Shown here one piece after another: positions 44,954-64,000 of a stretch of 64,000 nucleotides of DNA. The stretch is from assembly GCF_009914755.1 (NCBI RefSeq), contig NC_060937.1, one strand, 5' to 3'. The stretch's first letter is position 1. Each line of letters starts with the position of its first letter. The position numbers and the translations under genes are program-made. This DNA is from the human T2T-CHM13v2.0 reference genome, Homo sapiens. The notes below the pieces were generated by a model, which saw only the letters and a list, made by a program, of their open reading frames with translations, was not told the DNA's origin and ran no database searches.

Positions 44954-46104
44954 TTAGATGTTTTACTTTACAAATAATTTTGCTGAGAAATGACATATTA
45001 ACATTTGGGGGAAAAATGAGGCCAATGCAAAGAAGAGTCAATAACTGTGTGTCCATTAGTATTATTACCAATTCACTGCATGACTCATGGAATCATTTAA
45101 ATTCCTATGTGCCTCTGTTGCAGTAACTAAAAATTGAAAAAAAAAAAAAAAAACACCAAAAACCACCTAGGTTTTCTTTAAAGACTGTGAAGATACCTAC
45201 TATGAGAACAAAGAATCTGAGATTCTTCATGAAAAATATAAATATCAGTTTTCAAGCACCGGAAATGCTTCTCAAAAAAAAAATACTTAGCCTGGTGTTA
45301 CAAAATTACACTGCATCAAGTGTAACTCCTATGAATTACTTTGCTCACCTGTTAGTATGACATGGATCTCCAGAACTCTTATCAGTAGTTTAAAGAACAT
45401 TTCCTGAAAATCAGTAATTGGCACAAAAAGCTCATTAATGTATTTTTTACTTGGAGAGCCAGCCCACAGACATTTGCTGTTCCAGTATGATTTAAATGTG
45501 AACTGAATAAGTTCAAACATACTAGAGAATTTTTAAAATAACCAATCATGCTTGCCATTTCACTAGTGCTTTTAGTGGCAAATCTGCTTAGCACAGCACA
45601 CTAAGATAATGCATTACTAGTTTATCTGGCGCTCTACTATTTCCTGAGATACAAAATGAAATTTAATTTTCTTCTACTTTTATTTTGAAAAATGCCATAT
45701 ATACAGGAAAAGAAAATCAATGAATACCCATTTCCCTTTCACTGAGATTCACCAATTGCTAACATTTTGCCATTATCACTCTAGCTGGCTCGTCATCTCT
45801 CCTCCCTCAACTTTTTGAATTGAGCGCTAGCTGCAGGCATCACAACACTTCACCTTAAATTCCCCAGCATGTATCTCCTAAGAAAAAAGGTAGACATAGC
45901 ATTTCTCACCCTTATCAGGAGATTTAATACTGGAATATTAGTGTCTAATACACAATTCAAAGCAAAGTTTCCCTATTTGTCCCAAGCCTTTATAACTTTT
46001 ACAAACCATAACACATTGCAGTCAGTTACTATGTCTCATTCACCTTCTTTCATCTAAAACAGTTCCCCAGTGTTTACTTTTTGGTTCATTTTGTTTTGTC
46101 TTTC

Positions 46105-46855
46105 ATGAAATTGACAATTCTCCCCCAATTGATCTTATACAGCCAAAGCATTCCAATAAAGATCCTCCTAAAAGGTCTATCTGTAAAAACTAACGGGCAG
46201 ATACCAAAATGTTCACAGAAATGGAAAGAACCAAGAACAGCCAAGATGCTCTGGAAGAGCAACAGCAAAGTGGAAAGAAATGCTCTATCAGATTTTAAGA
46301 CTTACTACAAAGGTATAGGACTCAAAGCAGTGTGACCCTCTTGTGGAAATAGACAAATAGATCAATAGTACAGAACGGGGTGCCCAGCAGCAGACCGAAG
46401 CATAATTACAGACACTGAATTTATGACAGAGGTGGTTCAGGCCGTGAGGGGAAGGAGTGTCTTTTCAATTAATGATGTAAGAACAGCTGACTATCCACAG
46501 GGAAAAAAATGAAATCAGGTCCTACATCATACTGTGCACAAAAATCAGTGCCAGATATATTACATCTAAATGCAAAGTTGTAAGTATTTTATAACAGAGA
46601 AGAATATCTCAATGACCTCAGGGAAGTATTCTCAAGACATATATTCAAAAAAAATCAACAAGGAAAAGATTGATAAACTGACCACATTAAAATGAGGAAC
46701 TTCTATTCATCAAAAGATACTGTCGACACAGTGAAAACAGATAAGTTACAGAGTTTGAGAAGATATTTGTAACATATATAAGCAACCAAAGACTTGTATC
46801 AAGAATATTTAAGGAATTTCTAAAAATCAGCAAGAAAAAGTCAGACTACCCAATA
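46105..46855 (+). mobile_element. Old L1M ORF2 3' fragment (appears to continue at 47060-47284 and 50503-50930)
   Basis: Degenerate ORF2 translation ILPQLILYSQSIPIKI...SDFKTYYK. Confidence 0.7.
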
Positions 46856-47059
46856 GCCAGCGTGCCTGGCAATGCACAGTGGCCGGACCCTGGTGCTTGC
46901 TTGCTCATGCACCCCTCACCACTCTGTGCCTGGCTTGCCCTTGGCCGGCGTGGGATCAGGGCCAGTAGCTCCAGCCGAGCTCAGCCTGCCAGGCCCAGTG
47001 GTCAGAACGCTGGGCTCAAGCAAAACTCCAGCAAAGGTGCCACCAAGGATCCTGCAACA
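46856..47059 (+). mobile_element. MER52-like ERV1 LTR 3' fragment
   Basis: GC-rich cagccgagctcagcctgccaggcccagtgg...gcaaaactccagcaaaggtgccacc...aaggatcctgcaaca resembles the MER52 3' end. Confidence 0.65.
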
Positions 47060-47284
47060 CAAGCACTTTGGAAAACATATTGAATTCATCTATTAATACT
47101 GCAGCTGTGCGGCACTACCTAGCAATTCACTCCTAGGATGGAATGCTCCATTCTGGCATTCTTACCACTATACATGTATGAAAATGTTCACAGTAGCACT
47201 GTTCATAATAGCCTAAAACAAGAAATAATTAAAATGTCCACCAAACAATATGATGGATACATTTTGATATAATCACATAATAGA

Positions 47285-50502
<3,218 letters not shown>

Positions 50503-51653
50503 ACAGAATACCACACAGTAACAAAAATGAATGTGAGGTGGCAGCCTTATATGTGGTATATATATGTGGTAACATGGATAAATCTTAAAATACATTGAGC
50601 AAAAGAGGCAAGATACAAATGAACACAATCAGTATGATTTCATTTATGTAAAGTTTAAAAGGAGGTAAAACTTTGCTTGGGGATACATTGTTAGGTGATG
50701 AAATTATATGGAAAAGCAATACATTATCTCCATAAAAGGAAATCACTGTAAGGGAAAGGTGGTGACCCCCAGCAGAGGGCAGGAAGGAACCATGCTGGGA
50801 GGGAACACGCTGGGAGCTGCTGAGTTCCAGGGAGGCTCCACTTCTCCTGGAGCGGGTAACAGGGCTGTCTGCTTCACCAGCTACTGGATAAACTAAACAT
50901 TTTAGGAACTGTTTCTGTATTGAGTTATGTTTCACACACCACAAACACACAGTGAGACCAAGCAGAGCAGTGCCAAAAGCAGCAAGCAGGTGTGATTTGG
51001 GATTACCAGAAAACAGAAAGGGCAGGACTGGAAAACGTCTACCTCCACAGTTCCCTAATCCCAGGAGCCCCCATCCTTGATCCCAGCCAACAGGCTCGCA
51101 GGGAGTACACCTGCTCGACATGTGGTTTAGAGCCAAAGAAGTCCTCCAGTCAGGCTGGTGGCAGGAGGGGTAGGGAGAGAAAGGGGTGAGGGGAGGAAGC
51201 TCCTGTGCCTACCGATACAGAAGGCTGATGTGCGCCTGATGTCCAGGTAAGAACTGATGTTAACATAAGAGCATCATTACACAATGTTCCACATAGAGCC
51301 AGTGAATGACAATGAACAAATACCCCTTTTCATTCTTACAGACCCAATATTAGAATACCACTGTATGTGTAAATCAAACGTTTCACTGTGCCTGGCCTAA
51401 GTTCCTTAACACAAAGTTTAATATATTCTCCCACTGAAACAAAGTTCCAGACAGCCAACTTAAAATGAACATACATAAACCTGTTCGTAAGTGAGGACCT
51501 AGTGGTACTGAAGCTTAGCAGAAAGCATATTCTGTTTCCCTAGTAACTATGATTGGTGGCGGGGGGGTGGGGAACAAGTAACTTAAAACTGGTTATGTCA
51601 GTAATTTTTTAGAATATTCTTAAGATTTACCAGCTCCATAAAACTGAGTTGAT

Positions 51654-51941
51654 GGCCAGGCGCGGCGGCTCACGCCTGTAATCCCAGCACTTTGGGAGGC
51701 CGAGGCGGGAGGATCATGAGGTCAGGAGATCGAGACCATCCCGGCTAACACGGTGAAACCCTGTGTCTACTAAAAATACAAAAAAAATTAGCCAGGCGTG
51801 GTGGCGGACAACTGTAATCCCAGCTACTCGGGAGGGGGAGGCAGGAGAATGGCGTGAACTCAGGGGGCGGAGCTTGCAGTGAGCTGAGATCGCGCCACTG
51901 CACTCCAGCCTGGGCAACAGAGCAAGACTCCATCTCAAACA
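51654..51941 (+). mobile_element. AluY
   Basis: ggagaatggcgtgaac and gcggagcttgcagt; duplication aaaactga(g/a)ttgat. Confidence 0.95.
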
Positions 51942-52949
51942 AAAACTGAATTGATATTCAATAAGCTTGTGAAAAGATTTAACAAGGGATTAATGTGTTG
52001 TTAATCATAGTGTAACAAACTGCCAATCCTGTATCACAAAATTAACACACATTCTAAATTTAAATAAATGTTGTTAGAGGAATCATACACTCCTTATACA
52101 ACTCCTCTTGAATATACCAGGCAGTCCAGTACAGGAGACAACAACTACATTCTGGGCCTGCCTATCTGGGCTCTGGACTCACATGCCTGCTCTCACTTAG
52201 CCTCTGGGTCCTCAAGTTTCCTAAGTAAAATAAGAACAGAATCTACCTTATAAAGCTGTCATGACGGTTAGGTGAGTTGATGCATGCAAAGCCTGGCCCA
52301 TGGTAAATACTCAATAAATGTTCACAGCCCCCACCACCAGTCAGTCAACAAACAGGACTCTGGGGAGACAGAAGTGTCCTTTTCCTGAGGGACATCTGGG
52401 AAATCACCAACCCAGATGAAACACCTGGGGACACGAGACAGGCCAGGGCGAGAAGACTGCGTGATGTCCACATGCTGTAACGTCGGCTTTGAAAAATCAG
52501 TAAAATTTAAAGAGAAGGGAAGAGAGAACCTGGGAAATGGGAGTACCACAGATAACAACACAGAAGTAGGAAGAAGCATGCGTGCAGCAGAATGGGGGAA
52601 AAAGGTAAGTAGAAAAATACAATAAAATACTGATAGATGCAAATAGACACAGATAGGATACATAAGATGTGAACTTGCAGTAAAAGGAATATATATATAT
52701 ATATATATATATAAAGGACCTGACCCTGATGTAATAGGAAGTCAGAGTCACCCCGAGTTGAAAGGACTATAATACCTTGGTGTTTAGGAGGTCAGCCTAA
52801 AAGCAAAACAGAACTAAATGAAGAGAGGTTGAGAAAGGAGTACATTGGGCTCAACAGGTAGTTGCTGCCATAATTTAGATGCTTAAAATGAAAAGAGCCT
52901 TAAGGTAAGAACATTAGAACTCACTTGTGCCTATTATTTTGCCTTCTGT

Positions 52950-53450
52950 TGACTACAGCAAATTGTATTTACCAAGACAGCAGTAACAGTTCTCTCTCAT
53001 CCCACACCCATTTCTACAATGTGATCCTACCACTCCCCAAACCAGAGGCAGTCTAATTCCCCTACCCTTGAATTGGTGTGGGCCTGAGAATGTCAGAAGT
53101 ATGAGCAGAAGGGACATTACATAACCTCCAAGGGTAATTCATAAAATTCGATGCCATTTCCACCTTATCCAGTGGAACAATCACATTTGGAGCACTAAGC
53201 TACCATCTATGAGATCCAAATATCCCAAGGCCACAGGTAACATGGCCCAGCAGAGATCTAGGCTTGTGAATGAAGACATTCCACAGGATCCCAGGCCCCA
53301 GCTGTGGAGTCACCCCCAACCACGACCCAAGGCATCATGGAACAGACACAAACCATCTCCACTGTGCCCCATCCAATGTGAGAATAATACAATTATTTTG
53401 TCTCATTAAATTTTGGAGTGGTTTGTTAAACTGCAAGAGTAAGTGATATA
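52950..53450 (+). mobile_element. Old MLT1-type LTR
   Basis: tctaattcccctacccttgaat...ttttggagtggtttgtta end motif. Confidence 0.55.
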
Positions 53451-54632
53451 TTGGCTTTTCTTACCACCAATTTCTAATTCTTAAATAAATATGGGTATTT
53501 CTTTATGGAAATTATATAAAGAGGCATTACATCTAATTACATTAGATGGCTTTCTGATTTCATCTATCCTGTTTCTTATAATCTTTGCCTTTTTCAAATA
53601 AAAATTCTTATTCACAGTTGGTTTTGTTCATAAAATGTCCAATTTTTTTAAATTTTAATACATTTTACTTTTATTTCCATTAATTTTACCCTGGATTTCC
53701 AAAATCATTCTTTTCAGATCTCTCATCTTCTTAAATTTTATTTATTGTTCAATCTCTTCCAGGCCTTTTTATCCTATCTGGTGGCTCCAGCCCCAAAACC
53801 TATCTATCTATTCATTTTCAAGCACCCATGGCTTCGATTCTACTTTTCTCTATGAAAATTCAGTTAAAATGCAACTTCCTCCATGAAGTCTCCCTTAAGT
53901 ACACCAGTCAGAATTTGGGATTCCTCCCTGTCCGTTCCAAAAATACTGTGCAGAGCTCTCGGCTCATGCATTCCACTGTTTTACTGCAGTTAGGGTAAGT
54001 ATATGTCTGGCTTCCAAAGCAGTTCTTTAACAACAAGGAATGAACATTATTTATATTCCCACAGTTCCTAACAAATGTCTTTCATATAGCAAAGAGCTAA
54101 ATGAACACTTGTTGATGAATTAATATAGATAAAAGAAAAAGAATGGAGTTCTAATTATAATTATTGGTTTGGGAGCCCCTTGGGGAAAAAGCATTTCCCA
54201 GGTTTCATGATCATAAGGTACACACCTTCAGATCCACAATAAACAAAGAGAAGCACCCCAAAGTAATTACTGTTACAAACTTTTCATAAAGAAAAACAAG
54301 TTTAGAAGGAAGCCTCTTAGCCGTGTTTATTTTCTTCTTCTATAATTCCAAAGGAAATGGAGTTCCTACCTTTATACCAATATAAAGTATGTCTTTCCCC
54401 TAATACCTAAGCTTTCCTTAGCAGTTCAGAAACTTGCTGTCATCAATTATTTTCTACTTATGTTTTTCTCCCTTTATTATAGTGAAGAATTAAAGTTCAA
54501 AAAACAAAAGTTTGAATAATGTGACTGACAGTTCGAGCAGCAAAAATTTTATTCCCTCCACTGGTATCAATTTTTATTTATAATCACTGTAATATGGTAG
54601 TAAAATTAAACTTTCAAATATATTAGATATCA

Positions 54633-55058
<426 letters not shown>

Positions 55059-55176
55059 TTAAGGAGTTAATTCTCAGAGTTGCAATATTCCAGCATGGCT
55101 TATAGGTTCTAAATCTAATTGCTTCTGTTGTTGCTTTAAATAAGCGTATTATTTTATGAGCTCAATCAGTAAATTC

Positions 55177-55482
55177 TTTTTCTTGTTTTTTGTTTTTTTT
55201 TGAGATGGAGTCTCACTCTGTCACCCAGGCTGGAGTGCTGTGGTGTGATCTCGGCTGACTGCAACCTCCACCTCGTGGGTTCAAGTTGATTCTCCTGCCT
55301 CAGCCGCCTGAGTAGCTGGAATTACAGGCACCTGCTACCACGTCTGGCTAACTTTTGTATGTTTAATAGAGACAGGGTTTCTCATATCGGTCAGGCTGGT
55401 CTCAAACTCCTGACCTCAGGTGATCTGCCCACATTGGCCTCCCAGAGTGCTGGGATTACAGGCGTGAGCAACAACACCCAGC
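55177..55482 (-). mobile_element. Alu (S-type)
   Basis: Full reverse dimer. Confidence 0.95.
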
Positions 55483-56183
55483 GAAATAAAGCACTATTTT
55501 AAGAAAAAGAAAAGTTTTCTTTTTAAGTAATGACATTATTAAATTATTAGAATACAGAGTAACAGCCAGAAAAGATAATATAAGATGGAATCTGTGAGCT
55601 AAAAAATCTATCAAGTAATTATGTTATACAAGCCTTGGGGTCTAGTCAAAAAAGTGATCAAGGAATATGTTACAAAAATTAAGTTTCAAAATTTGTAGGT
55701 GAGGTTTCCACTTCTAGCCATGATGAAATAACTGTTACCAAACTTGCCCCCTATGGTAAACAACTACAAAATGAGACAGAATATAAAGAAAACTGTTTGC
55801 ATGTATTGGCCAACAGGCAGTGAAGAACTGAATACTGATTTTTCTTAGTTCTGCCAGTAATCTGAATGCCTGCCAGATCACTATTTAAAGGAAAATACAT
55901 AATCTGTAATCCCTACAATGTAGCACATACAGTAAAATTATTGGATATGTGAAGAAGCAGAAAAATATGGCCCACACTGAAGAGAATTAAAAAGTAGCTA
56001 ACAAAAACAAATGATTCAATTGCTAAAATTAGCTGACAAAAACTATAAAGTGGTAGATTATCCATTTCTGAATAAAAAATTTTACTAAAACTTACAGACT
56101 TTACATAACTATTTATTATCCTCAAAGTTTCTGTGTGCCAAGAATTTAAGAGTGGCGTAGCTAGAAAGTTCCAGCTTGGGGTC

Positions 56184-56981
<798 letters not shown>

Positions 56982-57296
56982 AGGTCTCGCAGGAAGTCAC
57001 AGTTAATACATGGACCAGAACTACAGTCATCCAAGGGTAGCTCTCACATGGCTGGCACGATGCATACTGTAATTGCTAGAGCAACTGCTAAAATAAATAT
57101 AGTCAGGTATAGCTAAAAATCCAATAATGGCATTAAAATGAATAGTAAAAACAGTCAATTAGCCCAAAAGAAATTAGCAAGGGGGGTACAGAGAAACAAA
57201 CAGTACAAATAGCAAGATGGCAGACTTAAACACAGTCATATCACCAATTACATTAAATTTAAATGGACTAAATACTCCTATTAAAAAGCAGAGACA

Positions 57297-57596
57297 GCCA
57301 GGTGCAGTGGCTCATGCCCGTAATCTCAGCACTTTGGGAGGCCAAGGTGGGTGAATCACCTGAGCTCAGGAGTTCAAGACCAGCCTGGACAACATGGCGA
57401 AACCCCGTCTCTACTAATAATATAAAAAAATTAGCCAGGCATAGTGGCACATGCCTGTAGTCCCAGCTACTCAGGAGGCTGAGGCAGCAGAATCACTTGA
57501 ACCTGGGAGGCAGAGGTTGCAGTAAGCCCAGATCGCGCCACTGCACTCCCGCCTGGGCAACAGAGTGAGGCTCCGACTTAAACAAACAAACAAAAA
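57297..57596 (+). mobile_element. Alu (S-type)
   Basis: Full dimer. Confidence 0.95.
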
Positions 57597-57659
57597 AGAG
57601 ATACAGACTGGACAAATAGCAAGGCTCAACTATATGCTATCTATAAAAACTGCACTGTA

Positions 57660-58048
<389 letters not shown>

Positions 58049-58743
58049 TTAAAAGCAGTCAAAGCAGATACCAAGTCAAAGTGTATTCTCAGAGATACAG
58101 AGGCATTGCATAATGGTAATAGGACCGAGAAGATGTAACAATGATAATTTATTTACTTAACAACAGAACATCAAAACACATGAAGCAAAACATAAAGCAG
58201 AAACTGAAAAAACGAAAGGGAGAAATGAACAAGTTCCCAGTCATAGATGAAGATTTCCATAAGCCACTCTCAGTAACTGACAGAAAAACTAGACTAAAAA
58301 ATCAGCAAGGATCTTATTATTTGAATAATACTAACACACCAACTTCATCTAGCTGACATTTATAGAATGTTATAACAAGCTCAGAATAAACATTCTATTC
58401 AATTGCATCTGGAGCATTCACCAAGACAGACTATATGCTGAATCACAAATCTCAAGAAGTTCAAAAATTGACATCTTACAGAGTATGTTCCTAACTGCAA
58501 TGAATTAAAGTAAAAATCAACAATAAGATATCTAGAAAACACCCCAATTATTTGGCTCCCAAACCAATTTAAATGCTAAATAACTAAAGGACCAAAGAAA
58601 GGGGATAAAAAAGGAAAATTAGAAAACAGTTCTAACTTAATAGTAGAAAAAATATGATATAGCAAAATTTGTGAGATAAAAGCAAAGCAGTACTTAATGA
58701 GAAATTTATAGCTTTAAAATGTGCAAATTTAAAAAAGAAAAAA

Positions 58744-59033
<290 letters not shown>

Positions 59034-60127
59034 GTGGGGAAGGGTGGTTCCTAAAACCAATAACCTTAGTTTCTAACTTCAGATAGAAAAAATTATACTC
59101 AAAGTGTAAAGCAAAAAAAAAATTTTTTTAACAGAGAAGAAATCATTGAAATACAAAGTAGAAAATTAACAAAGCAAAAATTTGGTTATTTGAAAAGATT
59201 AACAATATTGATAAATTTCAACCAAAAATGATGAAGAATAGAGATAAATTACTAATATTAGGAATGAAAAATGAGCCATCACTACAGATCCTATGGCCAA
59301 TAAAAGGAAAATAAGGTGTGTAGATTTGTATTATGCCAACTTAAGTGAAGCTGGAATTTCATTTCCCAGAATTCTCTTTATTGCATAGCTCTGGGTTAGT
59401 GTGGACCACATGAGTCATGTCTGAGATGTGAAAGGCAAAAATTAATCATCTCAGAAAGCTGGCACATACTGTCACTTATTTCTTGGTTCTCCTTATTAGT
59501 GTGGGGCAGCACTTCCACCTTCAGCTCTTGGTAGTTTCTGCCACATTTCTTCCTTCACCTTTTTTGACTTTTGAGCCAGGTATACATTTAGCTAGCTTCT
59601 TCTGTAGGAAAGTCCACTCATCAAGGTTAGGAGTCTCAGTGGAAAAAAAGAGTTCAACATAGATTCCAATGTATCCTCATGGATTCCACCCCCACAGGTA
59701 GAGTTTGTCCTTACTTCTACCACTTCACATTCATCATCTCTTCCTAAGTGCCCTCCTTACTGACTTCAAGTTCCAGAACCAGACATGAACTATATAATCA
59801 GCTTCCACAATCTCCCATAACTATTTAATCAGCTTCCACATTCACATTAGGTCAAATCCAAACAAATCTGACAACTTATAAAAAAAATAGACAAATTATT
59901 TGAAAGGCACAAGTTACCAAAGCTTGCTCAAGAAAAAAACAAATAACTTAGATAACCATATGTGTGTGTATTTAAAATACAATGGAACAGAATAGTATTC
60001 AGAAATAGACCCACACATACACAACAAAATAATTTTCAATGAAGGTGCCGAAGTAATTCAATGAAAAAAGAAAACTCCTTTCAGTAAGTGATGATACAAC
60101 TGCATATACATATGAAAAAAATGACTC

Positions 60128-60166
<39 letters not shown>

Positions 60167-61272
60167 TTCATTCAAGAGGAATCACAGATATAAATACAGT
60201 TTCCAAAAGAAAACAGGAGAAAAACTTTGCAGCTTTGGGATAGACAAGATTTCTTAAGACACAAAAAGTACTATTCATTAAAAAAAATTGTCAACAGGAC
60301 TTCATCAAAATTTAAAATGTCTGCTTATTAAGAGATACCATAAAGAAAATCAAAAGGCAAACTACAAACTGGAAGAAAATATGCACAATGCACAGATCTA
60401 ATAACATAAAAAGCATTAATAAAACAACAAATAATCCAATTAAAAACTGGGAAAAAGAAATGACACTATACAAAAAGTATACCATGACCATAAAAAGCAC
60501 ATAAAAAGGTACTCAACGTAAGTCATCAGAGAAATACCAATTAAAATCATGAGACAGCATTTCATACTTACTAGAATGACTGAAATTAAAATAGTGACAA
60601 CACCACATGTTGGCAAGGATATGGAAGTATTTGCATTCTCATTTATTGATGATGGAATACAAAATGGTATGACCATTCTGAAAAACAGTTTGGGTATTTC
60701 CTATAAAAGCTAAACATATGCCTACCCTATGACCCATCTTTTCTTTTCTTATATTATCCAAAAGAATTGAAAACATTCATCCATAAAAAAGATACGTACC
60801 AGAAAGTTTACAGCTTTATTCATAATAGCCAAAAAACTAGGAATAACTTAAATACCAATCAAAAGGAGAATAAACAAATTGTGGTATAATCATACCAGGA
60901 ATAAGCTGCTGATACATGTGATCACATGGATGAACCTCAAGTGAAAGTAGCCAGACACAGTGAGTACATGCAGTCACGATTCCATTTATATGAAGTTTAA
61001 CAAGAGAAAGAACTAATCTATGGTGATAAAAATCACGTACAGTGAATGCCTATTGGAGGATTAGCTGGTAGGGGCACACAGAACTTTACAGGATGATAGA
61101 AATGCCCTACATCTTGATTAGGGTATTGATTAAACAGGTGTACAGATTTGTACTCATCAAATTATATACTTAAGTACATTTCATTGTATGTAAATTTTAC
61201 CTCAAAATAAAAAGAAAACATTCATTCATGGATATTTCAGCATTTATTAACAGGATGAAACTATATTTTCCA

Positions 61273-61570
<298 letters not shown>

Positions 61571-61871
61571 ATGTGTACACACACACACACACTCTCTCTC
61601 TCTCTCCAAAACAGCATATTCTGAAAAAGATCCAAAAAAACTTCAAGTTGAAAAGTGAAAACTTAAAAGTGCTACCATATTTATTAAGATGAATATTGTT
61701 CCAAATTTAAGAATTTCTCTGAAACATAAGAAATTTCAATAGAGTACTGTGGCCTGTGTTCACATCTACTACAAATTAATTTTGTGATGCTATAAACTTC
61801 TTTAAGCAGAATGGCAATGGAATAAAGATTTAGATACATGGGAAAGGTAACAAAAAGTAACAGAAAGCTCA

Positions 61872-62072
<201 letters not shown>

Positions 62073-63202
62073 TTATTCTTTCATTCAATTAACATTTCTT
62101 TTAGCCAAAGTGGCAGAATCAACGATAAAGAAAGTGCAGTCCTGACCTCTGTGTGGTGGCAAAACCAGACACACTAACAGATAACTACAAAACAAAGAAG
62201 TAGAAGAATTCACATAACCTAGTGTGGGATTTTTTTTTTCTTTCTTTTTTTTTTCTTGTGCAACCTAGTGCAGGATTTTAATCCAATAAAAACATCCATT
62301 TTTCTGTAAGAAAATGAATGTATTTTCCTCCTAAAAGAAAAGGTATGGGAGATTAGGCTCTGTTTTATTCCTCTTATTTCTTTTAAATCATAAAGTTCCG
62401 CAAAAATTTTATTTTAGTTTTTAATCTATTTTCTCAAGAAGTGAAAACAGAGGGTTCACATTTACTTAATATTCTAGCATGCAATTATAATTTTGAAAGA
62501 CAGGTTATATTTCCATGATGTTGTCCTTTAAACTTTTAAGTGACCTGTAAAAAATAAATAAGACATTTAAGAATGAACCCAGTAATCACAGATAAAAATA
62601 ACCAAACCAACTACATGTATATACACAGTGTCTCCTTTTCAGAATTAAAATTTTAGAATAAAAAATTTCAGGTCACACAACAGAAACTTTAGAAAATATG
62701 TAGTGAGAAATAAAAGATAAAAAAACCCCATAAACTTTATTGATAAGACTTTCTAGTCTAGCATAATAAAGTGCTAGTGGACTTAAAGCAACCTAGTTCA
62801 ATACAGTATTTTTTAAAAAAACAAGGTCTGGTTCTGTTGTTCAGGCTGGAGTGCTCTGGCATGATCTCAGCTCACTGAAACATATAATATTTTCTTATTA
62901 TGAAACTCCTACTTCGGTCATTATGACAAAGAATCAAGCTGTCCAACTAATAATCAACAATAGTCACAAATATCCCTCAATGAAATTCAGCTGACTAAAT
63001 TTGTATTCAGTGATTTCCTTTTCCAATTTTAAACACCTAATGTTTTCTCCTATACCCCACTTCAAAAATAAAACATACTCATTCCTTTCTCTCATACTTT
63101 AGCAAAAGTTAACATGGTAAACTCACTGAGGGAAGGGTCTCATAGTACATTGTAAGTATTCAGTAAGTATCCACAGTTGATGAATAACCGTGACTGTTTT
63201 GA

Positions 63203-63540
<338 letters not shown>

Positions 63541-63860
63541 TGGATATTTTTTAATGTATTTTATCTGTTCTAATGTTTTGCTTGAACGGCCTCTTGTCTA
63601 CCACACAGCTAACTTATCTCTAAACAGCAGCTCTGAGCCCATAACCCTTTTCCTTCTATGGCTCCTCAGGGCCCTTTTTCTCTGTCCTGATAACTCCTAT
63701 CAATGCTTCAAAGTCCAACTTGGCTATCTCTTTCCATGACTCCCCTGGTCTTGGTGGTGCCTCTCCTGTGTTTTCCACTGCACCCAGACTTTACTTCTAC
63801 GCCAGAATGTACCATAATGTATTATACTCATCTGATCAGTTGCCTGCTTCCCATCCAGAT

Positions 63861-64000
63861 CAGTGGTTCTCAAACTTTTTGATCTCAGGACCCTTTTATA
63901 CTCTTAAAAATTACTGAGGCTGGGTGCAGTGGCTCATGTCTATAATCCTAGCACTTTGAGAGGCTGAGTCCAGAGGATCATCTCAGCTCAAGAGTTCAAC
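63861..64000 (+). mobile_element. hAT/Charlie-type transposon end (63861-63917) followed by an Alu 5' end cut by the window edge
   Basis: cagtggttctcaaactttt terminus, then ggctgggtgcagtggctcatg at 63918. Confidence 0.7.

Noticed and set aside
50585-51136. 183-aa minus-strand ORF (similarly 34643-35125, 30450-30905, 5718-6128)
   Set aside because: No recognisable domain or splice structure; the first overlaps an old L1 3' end.

Overview
Primate genomic DNA, most likely human (abundant Alu including AluY, L1PA, THE1). The only protein-coding content I can support is the 3' end of KATNAL1 (katanin p60-like 1, AAA+ microtubule-severing ATPase; human 13q12.3 from prior knowledge) on the minus strand. 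It has three coding exons (62026-61892, 44928-44802, 43224-43026) with canonical GT/AG sites and matching phases, then an inferred ~5.9 kb 3' UTR ending near an AATAAA at 37173-37178. Bases 1-37100 look intergenic and rich in repeats. The other listed ORFs come from repeats or are chance ORFs. I found no convincing new multi-gene system. The most unusual details are: (i) a four-copy hairpin/microsatellite/Alu-head array in the 3' UTR, (ii) a MADE1 (miR-548-type) hairpin in the 3' UTR, (iii) a 41-bp tailless 5S rRNA retrocopy, and (iv) a coding exon whose acceptor lacks a polypyrimidine tract. Repeat families were assigned by eye from remembered consensus sequences, and the boundaries of old elements are approximate.
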